NCBI GenBank assembly: GCA_950097015.1
Contig: CATNEN010000040.1
Coordinates: 186,001 to 250,000 of the forward strand
Length of the DNA: 64,000 nucleotides
From: Macrostomum hystrix
Taxonomy: Eukaryota; Animalia; Platyhelminthes
Reading direction: 5' to 3'
Positions 45,034 through 58,100 of this stretch are shown in pieces (position 1 is the stretch's first letter; each line of letters starts with the position of its first letter). Position numbers and translations under genes: made by a program. The notes under the pieces are model-generated. The model was not told the DNA's origin. It was given only the letters and a program-made list of their open reading frames with translations, and did no database searches.

Positions 45034-48000
45034 TCAGCGCACCAGATGAGCGGGCCGGTGTCCTTCCACCGGCAGCCGCTGTCGCTTGATGGACAATGGG
45101 GACAGGAACTTAAGCAGGTAGTGCGGGCCGCCCGCCTTGTCGTTGGTGCCGGACAGTCTGGCTCCTCCGAACGGTTGCTGGCCAACCACAGAGCCCGTGG
45201 ACTGTACGTTGATGTAGAAATTGCCCGTGGCCTGCCGCAGCCGCCGGCTAGCTGACTCAATGAATCCGGCATCATTGGCGAAGATCGCACCGGTCAGGGC
45301 GTACGGACTGGTGCTGTCCACCAGGCCCAGCGCCTCGTCCACTTTGCCATCGGGATAGGCGTAGACAGTCAGCACGGGGCCAAAGATCTCCTCCTGCATG
45401 ATGCGGTGCCTCGGCTCCTTGGTCTCAATGATAGTCGGCTCAACAAAATAGCCGACTGAGTCGTCGCAGCCGCCGCCTCCGAGAAGTTGAAGATTTTTCG
45501 CATCAGACTTTGGCAACTCAGAAGCGTAGCTCTTAACCCGACGGTAGGCCTTCTCGTCGATGACAGCCGATGAGAAGGTCGAACCGATGTCCAGCGGGGA
45601 GCCGAACTTTAGGCTGGCTCGCAGGGCCAGCAGACGATCCCGCAGCTTCGGCCACAGAGACTGCGGCACGTACAGTCTGGAGCAGGCTGAGCACTTCTGG
45701 CCCGAGTACTCGTAGGCGGATCTAATAGTACAATTGGCCACCTGGTCCAGGTCGGCGCTGGCGTGTACGAAATGAAAATTCTTGCCGCCGCATTCGCCAA
45801 TCAGTCTGGGAAAGGTGCGATAATTGGCCAGGTTGCCTGCCACACTCGACCACAGGCTGCGGAAGGTGGGCACGCTGCCAGTGAAGTTGATGCCGGCTAG
45901 CTCCGGCCGGCGAGTGACCTCGGCGCCGAACTGCGGCCCGTCGGCTGGCACGAAGTTCACCACGCCGGGTGGCAGGCCGGCCTCGCGCAGAATCCGGTAG
46001 ACCAGGTAGTTGGATAGTAAAGCGCTGTCTGTGGGCTTCCACACTGTGGCGTTGCCGGCGAAGGCGGGCGATGCGGCCAGGTTGCCACCGATGGCGGTGA
46101 AGTTGAACGGCGACACGGCTGCCCAGAAGCCTTCGGTGCCTCTGCGGCGGCGAGGGTTTCGGGAGGGATTCAAGTTGCAGACTCCAACAAATGCAAGTCT
46201 ATGAACTCAAACACCAGCTACTCTCTATCTGATCATTCAGATGGCTGCAGCTACTCTCTACCTGATCATTCAGATGGCTGCAGCTACTCTCTACCGGATC
46301 ATTCAGATGGCTGCAGCTACTCTCTATCTGATCATTCAGATGGCTGCAGCTACTCTCTATCTGATCATTCAGATGGCTGCAGCTACTCTCTATCTGATCA
46401 TTCAGATGGCTGCAGCTACTCTCTATCTGATCATTCAGATGGCTGCAGCTACTCTCTATCTGATCATTCAGATGGCTGCAGCTACTCTCTACCGGATCAT
46501 TCAGATGGCTGCAGCTACTCTCTACCGGATCATTCAGATGGCTGCAGCTACTCTCTACCTGATCATTCAGATGGCTGCAGCTACTCTCTACCTGATCATT
46601 CAGATGGCTGCAGCTACTCTCTACCTGATCATTCAGATGGCTGCAGCTACTCTCTACCTGATCATTCAGATGGCTGCAGCTACTCTCTATCTGATCATTC
46701 AGATGGCTGCAGCTACTCTCTACCTGATCATTCAGATGGCTGCAGCTACTCTCTACCGGATCATTCAGATGGCTGCAGCTACTCTCTACCTGATCATTCA
46801 GATGGCTGCAGCTACTCTCTACCTGATCATTCAGATGGCTGCAGCTACTCTCTACCGGATCATTCAGATGGCTGCAGCTACTCTCTACCTGATCATTCAG
46901 ACAGCCCCACTGCCACTCCCCTGAGCCTTCAGGTGGCCGGGCCTCACCGGTAGACCATGGTATTCTCGGCTGCCTGCGTGCTGATTGGCCTGTAGCGCAC
47001 CAGCTGTGCCATGTTGGCCACGTTAAATCTGAAAAAGTCTATTAATTCGGCAGCCGCGTCAATCTCGGCCTGATAGACAGTCTTAGCCTGGCCAAGCATT
47101 GTGGCTGCCACCACGCTGGCTCTCATTGGTCCAGCCAGTAGGTCGGCGGCCTTCAGCATCACCTTGGCGCGCTCCTCCCACGGCGTGGCCTCCCAGCGCT
47201 CCCTGGCAGCCAGGCAGTTGTCTATGGCCTCCTGGATTTGTGCCGGCCTAGCGTAGTCGAATGTGGCCAGGGTGCGCTTGTGCTCAAATGGGGCCACCTG
47301 CACGATGATTCCATTGAGGGAAGCAACTCACTGTTTCAGTGGCCATTGGGAAAGGGGTTCGGGAAGAAGGGGCGGGGAAAGAAGGGAAAGGGGTTCGGGA
47401 AGAAGGGACGGGGAAAGAAGGGAAAGGGGTTCGAGAAGAAGGGACGGGGAAAGAAAGGAAAGGGGTTCGAGAAGAAGGGACGGAGAAAGAAGGGAAAGGG
47501 GTTCGGGAAGAAGGGACGGGGAAAGAAGGGAAAGGGGGTCGAGAAGAAGGGACGGGGAAAGAAGGGAAAGGGGTTCGAGAAGAAGGGACGGGGAAAGAAG
47601 GGAAAGGGGTTCGAGAAGAAGGGACGGGGAAAGAAAGGAAAGGGGTTCGAGAAGAAGGGACGGAGAAAGAAGGGAAAGGGGTTCGAGAAGAAGGGACGGG
47701 GAAAGAAGGGAAAGGGGTTCGGGAAGAAGGGACGAGAAGGAAGGGAGAGGGAGAGGTAGGGACGGGAAGGAGGGGAAAGAGGGTGCAGAGGGCATAATAA
47801 CACTGGAACGACTGTAAAACAGCTTCGATTATAAATATGATAAGAAGAAAAATGAATAAAAACATTAAATTGAGACAATAGCAGGCGATAATTATGAAGT
47901 TAATTGAGAATGTCGTGAATTAGTTAGTAGGATTTTTCAGAAACTTATCCTCACCTGACGCTTAGCGCCATCCAGGTGGATCTCCTGATCGCCAATGCAT

Positions 48001-48215
48001 ATCGGTATCCGGATCGGGCCGTCCGATGCAAACTTGGCCAGCGCAGTTTCCACCTGCTTGCGCTCCTTGCTGCCTTCTGTGTAATCGAGCGGCTGCTCGT
48101 TCTTAGCCTCGTACTGCCTGACATCGTAGTTCCGACTGACGGCGCTCGGCCCGGTCCACAGCCGGCCAGCCAGAAGCCTGTGTCGGGCTCCGATCAACTT
48201 TTTGGCTGCCTGCAT
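45034..48215 (-). CDS. ALDH4A1: Mitochondrial delta-1-pyrroline-5-carboxylate dehydrogenase, 3 exons, about 572 aa
   Basis: Exons 47955-48215, 46948-47297, 45034-46141 (phases 0, 2). Arg-rich transit-peptide-like N-terminus; NEQPLDY, QAEIDAAAELIDFFRFN, SPFNFTAIGGNL, catalytic Glu in GECGGKNFH and Cys in GQKCSACS, QQPFGGARLSGTNDK. Confidence 0.97.
46222..46900. repeat. 33-bp minisatellite (GATCATTCAGATGGCTGCAGCTACTCTCTACCT)n in ALDH4A1 intron 2, about 20 copies
   Basis: Unit read directly. Confidence 0.96.
47350..47740. repeat. 36-bp purine-rich minisatellite (GGGGTTCGAGAAGAAGGGACGGGGAAAGAAGGGAAA)n in ALDH4A1 intron 1, about 11 copies
   Basis: Unit read directly; 12-aa periodicity. Confidence 0.95.
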
Positions 48216-49107
48216 GATGTGAAGACGATTTTAAGTATTCAGCTTATCTTCGGGCCTTGTCGGCAGTTTAATTTGTTGCTATAGCGGCCTTAGGCTTTCT
48301 TAGCCTTGTCACGAGTTTTGGTTAGGGCCAATTTAAATTTTGCTTGACTGTGCGCATGTGCGTACGTGTGTACTGCCTGTCTGTAGTGTGTGAACTCGAC
48401 AGACGTGATACGAAAACAGCTCGGGCCTTGTTCCGCCTGTTTCCCTTCAAATATTCTATTCGCTGTCTGGTGTAGCGTGTGTGGGTGTGTCATGGAAAAT
48501 CACCAGCGCCAACCCTGGGACTCTGATGGGCTAGCTTTCCGTCCCGTGGTCTCTTCTACATTTTCTTGCCCGCTGCTAAAAGCTGTGCATGGGGCGAAAC
48601 GGCCTAACATTTTTGACTGTACATTTGTCACTAATAGTGTGGCGGGTACAAGCGCTGCCAGGGGGTTAGAGAATGACAGTGTACATCCGAATTAAACGTA
48701 CATAGAATGATGCGAGCGCACGCTTTCAGCTCACACCCTCCCCCAGCAATCCAGATCCAGCCTCCACTAGTGGTGTGAAAGGCAAAGCGGAGATGCGGCA
48801 GCCCTCTACAGTCTACCCCTCGGTTTCAGCCGTTGATGCACACACGATAATCTCTCTAACAAGAACTACGCTTGGTTAGGGATTCTTTCTTACCCTTTTT
48901 TCTGTACAGAGCAGCTGAGCTTGAACTATACTGTGTCTCAGGTTGTACCTCAAGGTCGACAAATGGCATGGGAATTTCCCTTCAATTAAATTCTTCATCA
49001 GGAAAAAACTGCTTGTTTTTCAAACTGGTGCAAAGTACACAACAAATTGATAACTAGATCGCCTCATAGTAAGAGCTAAAAAACATGCTGATTCTCAAGC
49101 ATTAAAA

Positions 49108-52100
49108 ATGAGATCATTCAGATCCCTTAATCTCGAATCACTCAGATCCCAATCCCCTCCAATAATTCAGATCCCACTCCTTTACAATCACTCAGATCCC
49201 ACTCCTCTCCGATCATTCAGATCCCACTCCTCTCCGATCACTCAGATCCCACTCCTCTCCGATCATTCAGATCCCACTCCTCTCCGATCACTCAGATCCC
49301 ACTCCTCTCCAATGATTCAGATCCCACTCCTCTCCAATCATTCAGATCCTACTCCTCTCCCCATCACTCAGATCCCACTCCTCTCCAATCATTCAGATCC
49401 CACTCCTCTCCGATCATTCAGATCCCACTCCTCTCCGATCACTCAGATCCCACTCCTCTCCGATCATTCAGATCCCACTCCTCTCCGATCATTCAGATCC
49501 CACTCCTCTCCGATCACTCAGATCCCACTCCTCTCCGATCACTCAGATCCCACTCCTCTCCAATCATTCAGATCCCACTCCTCTCCAATCACTCAGATCC
49601 CACTCCTCTCCGATCATTCAGATCCCACTCCTCTCCAATCACTCAGATCCCACTCCTCTCCGATCATTCAGATCCCACTCCTCTCCAATCACTCAGATCC
49701 CACTCCTCTCCAATCATTCAGATCCCACTCCTCTCCAATCATTCAGATCCCACTCCTCTCCGATCATTCAGATCCCACTCCTCTCCGATCATTCAGATCC
49801 CACTCCTCTCCAATCATTCAGATCCCACTCCTCTCCAATCACTCAGATCCCACTCCTCTCCAATCACTCAGATCCCACTCCTCTCCGATCATTCAGATCC
49901 CACTCCTCTCCAATCATTCAGATCCCACTCCTCTCCAATCACTCAGATCCCACTCCTCTCCGATCATTCAGATCCCACTCCTCTCCAATCACTCAGATCC
50001 CACTCCTCTCCGATCATTCAGATCCCACTCCTCTCCAATCATTCAGATCCCACTCCTCTCCAATCATTCAGATCCCACTCCTCTCCAATCATTCAGATCC
50101 CACTCCTCTCCGATCACTCAGATCCCACTCCTCTCCGATCATTCAGATCCCACTCCTCTCCGATCATTCAGATCCCACTCCTCTCCGATCACTCAGATCC
50201 CACTCCTCTCCGATCACTCAGATCCCACTCCTCTCCAATCATTCAGATCCCACTCCTCTCCAATCACTCAGATCCCACTCCTCTCCGATCATTCAGATCC
50301 CACTCCTCTCCGATCACTCAGATCCCACTCCTCTCCAATCACTCAGATCCCACTCCTCTCCAATCATTCAGATCCCACTCCTCTCCAATCATTCAGATCC
50401 CACTCCTCTCCAATCATTCAGATCCCACTCCTCTCCAATCATTCAGATCCCACTCCTCTCCAATCACTCAGATCCCACTCCTCTCCAATCACTCAGATCC
50501 CACTCCTCTCCAATCACTCAGATCCCACTCCTCTCCAATCATTCAGATCCCACTCCTCTCCAATCATTCAGATCCCACTCCTCTCCAATCATTCAGATCC
50601 CACTCCTCTCCAATCATTCAGATCCCACTCCTCTCCAATCACTCAGATCCCACTCCTCTCCAATCACTCAGATCCCACTCCTCTCCAATCACTCAGATCC
50701 CACTCCTCTCCAATCATTCAGATCCCACTCCTCTCCAATCATTCAGATCCCACTCCTCTCCGATCACTCAGATCCCACTCCTCTCCGATCATTCAGATCC
50801 CACTCCTCTCCGATCATTCAGATCCCACTCCTCTCCGATCACTCAGATCCCACTCCTCTCCGATCACTCAGATCCCACTCCTCTCCAATCATTCAGATCC
50901 CACTCCTCTCCAATCACTCAGATCCCACTCCTCTCCGATCATTCAGATCCCACTCCTCTCCGATCATTCAGATCCCACTCCTCTCCGATCACTCAGATCC
51001 CACTCCTCTCCGATCACTCAGATCCCACTCCTCTCCAATCATTCAGATCCCACTCCTCTCCGATCACTCAGATCCCACTCCTCTCCAATCATTCAGATCC
51101 CACTCCTCTCCGATCACTCAGATCCCACTCCTCTCCGATCACTCAGATCCCACTCCTCTCCAATCATTCAGATCCCACTCCTCTCCGATCACTCAGATCC
51201 TACTCCTCTCCGATCATTCAGATCCCACTCCTCTCCGATCATTCAGATCCCACTCCTCTCCGATCATTCAGATCCCACTCCTCTCCGATCACTCAGATCC
51301 CACTCCTCTCCAATCACTCAGATCCCACTCCTCTCCAATCATTCAGATCCCACTCCTCTCCAATCATTCAGATCCCACTCCTCTCCAATCACTCAGATCC
51401 CACTCCTCTCCAATCATTCAGATCCCACTCCTCTCCGATCACTCAGATCCCACTCCTCTCCAATCATTCAGATCCCACTCCTCTCCAATCACTCAGATCC
51501 CACTCCTCTCCGATCATTCAGATCCCACTCCTCTCCAATCACTCAGATCCCACTCCTCTCCGATCATTCAGATCCCACTCCTCTCCAATCACTCAGATCC
51601 CACTTCTCTCCGATCACTCAGATCCCACTCCTCTCCGATCACTCAGATCCCACTCCTCTCCAATCATTCAGATCCCACTCCTCTCCGATCATTCAGATCC
51701 CACTCCCTCTCCAATCACTCAGATCCCACTCCTCTCCAATCACTCAGATCCCACTCCTCTCCAATCACTCAGATCCCACTCCTCTCCGATCACTCAGATC
51801 CCACTCCTCTCCAATCATTCAGATCCCACTCCTCTCCGATCATTCAGATCCCACTCCTCTCCAATCACTCAGATCCCACTCCTCTCCGATCACTCAGATC
51901 CCACTCCTCTCCAATCACTCAGATCCCACTCCTCTCCGATCATTCAGATCCCACTCCTCTCCAATCACTCAGATCCCACTCCTCTCCGATCACTCAGATC
52001 CCACTCCTCTCCAATCATTCAGATCCCACTCCTCTCCGATCATTCAGATCCCACTCCTCTCCAATCACTCAGATCCTACTCCTCTCCGATCACTCAGATC

Positions 52101-55100
52101 CCACTCCTCTCCAATCACTCAGATCCCACTCCTCTCCAATCATTCAGATCCCACTCCTCTCCAATCACTCAGATCCCACTCCTCTCCGATCACTCAGATC
52201 CCACTTCTCTCCAATGATTCAGATCCCACTCCTCTCCAATGATTCAGATCCCACTCCTCTCCAATGATTCAGATCCCACTCCTCTACAATCATTCAGATC
52301 CCACTCCTCTCCAATGATTCAGATCCCACTCCTCTCCAATGATTCAGATCCCACTCCTCTCCGATCACTCAGATCCCACTCCTCTCCGATCACTCAGATC
52401 CCACTCCTCTCCAATGATTCAGATCCCACTCCTCTCCGATCACTCAGATCCCACTCCTCTCCGATCACTCAGATCCCACTCCTCTCCGATCACTCAGATC
52501 CCACTTCTCTCCAATGATTCAGATCCCACTCCTCTCCAATCATTCAGATCCCACTCCTCTTCGATCACTCAGATCCCACTTCTCTCCAATGATTCAGATC
52601 CCACTCCTCTACAATCATTCAGATCCTACTCCTCTCCAATGATTCAGATCCCACTCCTCTCCAATGATTCAGATCCTACTCCTCTCCAATGATTCAGATC
52701 CCACTCCTCTCCAATGATTCAGATCCCACTCCTCTACAATCATTCAGATCCCACTCCTCTCCAATGATTCAGATCCCACTCCTCTCCAATGATTCAGATC
52801 CCACTCCTCTCCGATCACTCAGATCCCACTCCTCTCCGATCACTCAGATCCCACTTCTCTCCAATGATTCAGATCCCACTCCTCTACAATCATTCAGATC
52901 CCACTCCTCTCCAATGATTCAGATCCTACTCCTCTCCAATGATTCAGATCCCACTCCTCTCCAATGATTCAGATCCTACTCCTCTCCAATGATTCAGATC
53001 CCACTCCTCTCCAATGATTCAGATCCCACTCCTCTCCAATGATTCAGATCCCACTCCTCTCCAATGATTCAGATCCCACTCCTCTACAATCATTCAGATC
53101 CCACTCCTCTCCAATGATTCAGATCCCACTCCTCTCCAATGATTCAGATCCCACTCCTCTACAATCATTCAGATCCCACTCCTCTCCAATGATTCAGATC
53201 CTACTCCTCTCCAATGATTCAGATCCCACTCCTCTACAATCATTCAGATCCCACTCCTCTCCAATGATTCAGATCCTACTCCTCTCCAATGATTCAGATC
53301 CCACTCCTCTCCGATCACTCAGATCCCACTCCTCTCCGATCACTCAGATCCCACTTCTCTCCAATGATTCAGATCCCACTCCTCTCCAATCATTCAGATC
53401 CCACTCCTCTTCGATCACTCAGATCCCACTTCTCTCCAATGATTCAGATCCCACTCCTCTCCAATGATTCAGATCCCACTCCTCTACAATCATTCAGATC
53501 CTACTCCTCTCCAATGATTCAGATCCCACTCCTCTCCAATCACTCAGATCCCACTCCTCTCCGATCACTCAGATCCCACTCCTCTCCAATGATTCAGATC
53601 CCACTCCTCTCCGATCACTCAGATCCCACTCCTCTCCGATCACTCAGATCCCACTTCTCTCCAATGATTCAGATCCCACTCCTCTACAATCATTCAGATC
53701 CTACTCCTCTCCAATGATTCAGATCCCACTCCTCTACAATCATTCAGATCCCACTCCTCTCCAATGATTCAGATCCCACTCCTCTCCAATCATTCAGATC
53801 CTACTCCTCTCCAATGATTCAGATCCCACTTCTCTCCAATGATTCAGATCCCACTCCTCTCCAATCATTCAGATCCCACTCCTCTCCGATCACTCAGATC
53901 CCACTCCTCTCCGATCACTCAGATCCCACTTCTCTCCAATGATTCAGATCCCACTCCTCTACAATCATTCAGATCCCACTCCTTTACAATCACTCAGATC
54001 CCACTCCTCTCCGATCACTCAGATCCCACTCCTCTCCGATCATTCAGATCCCACTCCTCTTCAATCATTCAGATCCCACTCTTCTGCAATCACTCAGATC
54101 CCATTCCTCTCCGATCACTCAGATCCCACTCCTCTCCAATCATTCAGATCCCACTCCTCTCCGATCATTCAGATCCCATTCCTCTCCAATCATTCAGATC
54201 CCACTCCTCTCCGATCACTCAGATCCTACTCCTCTCCAATCATTCAGATCCCACTCCTCTCCGATCATTCAGATCCCACTCCTCTCCGATCATTCAGATC
54301 CCACTCCTCTCCGATCATTCAGATCCCACTCCTCTCCGATCACTCAGATCCCACTCCTCTCCAATCACTCAGATCCCACTCCTCTCCAATCATTCAGATC
54401 CCACTCCTCTCCAATCATTCAGATCCCACTCCTCTCCAATCACTCAGATCCCACTCCTCTCCAATCATTCAGATCCCACTCCTCTCCGATCACTCAGATC
54501 CCACTCCTCTCCAATCATTCAGATCCCACTCCTCTCCGATCATTCAGATCCCACTCCTCTCCAATCACTCAGATCCCACTCCTCTCCGATCACTCAGATC
54601 CCACTCCTCTCCAATCACTCAGATCCCACTCCTCTCCAATCATTCAGATCCCACTCCTCTCCAATCATTCAGATCCCACTCCTCTCCAATCACTCAGATC
54701 CCACTCCTCTCCAATCATTCAGATCCCACTCCTCTCCGATCATTCAGATCCCACTCCTCTCCAATCATTCAGATCCCACTCCTCTCCAATCACTCAGATC
54801 CCACTCCTCTCCGATCATTCAGATCCCACTCCTCTCCAATCACTCAGATCCCACTCCTCTCCGATCATTCAGATCCCACTCCTCTCCAATCACTCAGATC
54901 CCACTTCTCTCCGATCACTCAGATCCCACTCCTCTCCGATCACTCAGATCCCACTCCTCTCCAATCATTCAGATCCCACTCCTCTCCGATCATTCAGATC
55001 CCACTCCTCTCCAATCACTCAGATCCCACTCCTCTCCAATCACTCAGATCCCACTCCTCTCCAATCACTCAGATCCCACTCCTCTCCGATCACTCAGATC

Positions 55101-58100
55101 CCACTCCTCTCCAATCATTCAGATCCCACTCCTCTCCGATCATTCAGATCCCACTCCTCTCCAATCACTCAGATCCCACTCCTCTCCAATCATTCAGATC
55201 CCACTCCTCTCCAATCACTCAGATCCCACTCCTCTCCGATCACTCAGATCCCACTTCTCTCCAATGATTCAGATCCCACTCCTCTCCAATGATTCAGATC
55301 CCACTCCTCTCCAATGATTCAGATCCCACTCCTCTACAATCATTCAGATCCCACTCCTCTCCAATGATTCAGATCCCACTCCTCTCCAATGATTCAGATC
55401 CCACTCCTCTCCGATCACTCAGATCCCACTCCTCTCCGATCACTCAGATCCCACTCCTCTCCAATGATTCAGATCCCACTCCTCTCCGATCACTCAGATC
55501 CCACTCCTCTCCGATCACTCAGATCCCACTCCTCTCCGATCACTCAGATCCCACTTCTCTCCAATGATTCAGATCCCACTCCTCTCCAATCATTCAGATC
55601 CCACTCCTCTCCGATCACTCAGATCCCACTTCTCTCCAATGATTCAGATCCCACTCCTCTACAATCATTCAGATCCTACTCCTCTCCAATGATTCAGATC
55701 CCACTCCTCTCCAATGATTCAGATCCCTACTCCTCTCCAATGATTCAGATCCCACTCCTCTCCAATGATTCAGATCCCACTCCTCTCCAATGATTCAGAT
55801 CCCACTCCTCTCCAATCATTCAGATCCCACTCCTCTCCGATCACTCAGATCCCACTCCTCTCCAATGATTCAGATCCCACTCCTCTCCAATGATTCAGAT
55901 CCCACTCCTCTACAATCATTCAGATCCCACTCCTCTCCAATGATTCAGATCCCACTCCTCTCCGATCACTCAGATCCCACTCCTCTCCGATCACTCAGAT
56001 CCCACTTCTCTCCAATGATTCAGATCCCACTCCTCTACAATCATTCAGATCCCACTCCTCTCCAATGATTCAGATCCTACTCCTCTCCAATGATTCAGAT
56101 CCCACTCCTCTCCAATGATTCAGATCCCACTCCTCTCCAATGATTCAGATCCCACTCCTCTCCAATGATTCAGATCCCACTCCTCTCCAATGATTCAGAT
56201 CCCACTCCTCTCCAATGATTCAGATCCCACTCCTCTACAATCATTCAGATCCCACTCCTCTCCAATGATTCAGATCCTACTCCTCTCCAATGATTCAGAT
56301 CCCACTCCTCTCCAATGATTCAGATCCTACTCCTCTCCAATGATTCAGATCCCACTCCTCTCCAATGATTCAGATCCCACTCCTCTCCAATGATTCAGAT
56401 CCCACTCCTCTCCAATGATTCAGATCCCACTCCTCTCCAATGATTCAGATCCCACTCCTCTCCAATGATTCAGATCCCACTCCTCTACAATCATTCAGAT
56501 CCCACTCCTCTCCAATGATTCAGATCCTACTCCTCTCCAATGATTCAGATCCCACTCCTCTCAATGATTCAGATCCCACTCCTCTCCAATGATTCAGATC
56601 CTACTCCTCTCCAATGATTCAGATCCCACTCCTCTCCAATGATTCAGATCCCACTCCTCTCCAATGATTCAGATCCTACTCCTCTCCAATCACTCAGATC
56701 CCACTTCTCTCCAATGATTCAGATCCCACTCCTCTCCAATGATTCAGATCCTACTCCTCTCCAATGATTCAGATCCCACTCCTCTCCAATGATTCAGATC
56801 CCACTCCTCTACAATGATTCAGATCCCACTCCTCTACAATCATTCAGATCCCACTCCTCTCCAATGATTCAGATCCTACTCCTCTCCAATGATTCAGATC
56901 CCACTCCTCTCCAATGATTCAGATCCCACTCCTCTCCAATCATTCAGATCCCACTCCTCTCCAATCATTCAGATCCCACTCCTCTCCAATCATTCAGATC
57001 CCACTCCTCTCCAATGATTCAGATCCCACTCCTCTCCAATCACTCAGATCCCACTCCTCTCCGATCACTCAGATCCCACTCCTCTCCAATGATTCAGATC
57101 CCACTCCTCTCCGATCACTCAGATCCCACTCCTCTCCGATCACTCAGATCCCACTTCTCTCCAATGATTCAGATCCCACTCCTCTACAATCATTCAGATC
57201 CTACTCCTCTCCAATGATTCAGATCCCACTCCTCTACAATCATTCAGATCCCACTCCTCTCCAATGATTCAGATCCCACTCCTCTCCAATCATTCAGATC
57301 CTACTCCTCTCCAATGATTCAGATCCCACTTCTCTCCAATGATTCAGATCCCACTCCTCTCCAATCATTCAGATCCCACTCCTCTCCGATCACTCAGATC
57401 CCACTTCTCTCCAATGATTCAGATCCCACTCCTCTACAATCATTCAGATCCCACTCCTTTACAATCACTCAGATCCCACTCCTCTCCGATCACTCAGATC
57501 CCACTCCTCTCCGATCATTCAGATCCCACTCCTCTCCGATCACTCAGATCCCACTCCTCTCCGATCACTCAGATCCCACTCCTCTCCGATCACTCAGATC
57601 CCACTCCTCTCCGATCACTCAGATCCCACTCCTCTCCGATCACTCAGATCCCACTCCTCTCCAATCATTCAGATCCTACTCCTCTCCAATGATTCAGATC
57701 CCACTTCTCTCCAATGATTCAGATCCCACTCCTCTCCAATCACTCAGATCCCACTCCTCTCCGATCACTCAGATCCCACTCCTCTCCGATCACTCAGATC
57801 CCACTCCTCTCCGATCATTCAGATCCCACTCCTCTCCAATCATTCAGATCCCACTCTTCTGCAATCACTCAGATCCCATTCCTCTCCGATCACTCAGATC
57901 CCACTCCTCTCCAATCACTCAGATCCCACTCCTCTCCGATCATTCAGATCCTACTCCTCTCCGATCATTCAGATCCCACTCCTCTCCGATCATTCAGATC
58001 CTACTCCTCTCCGATCATTCAGATCCCACTCCTCTCCGATCATTCAGATCCTACTCCTCTCCGATCACTCAGATCCTACTCCTCTCCAATCATTCAGATC

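Noticed and set aside
47-47878. Low-complexity ORFs over the minisatellites (Gly/Trp, Cys-rich, MNSNPHY, KGRGKK protamine-like and others)
   Set aside because: Periodicity equals the DNA unit, most lie in introns or flanks, and they are open in several frames and strands.
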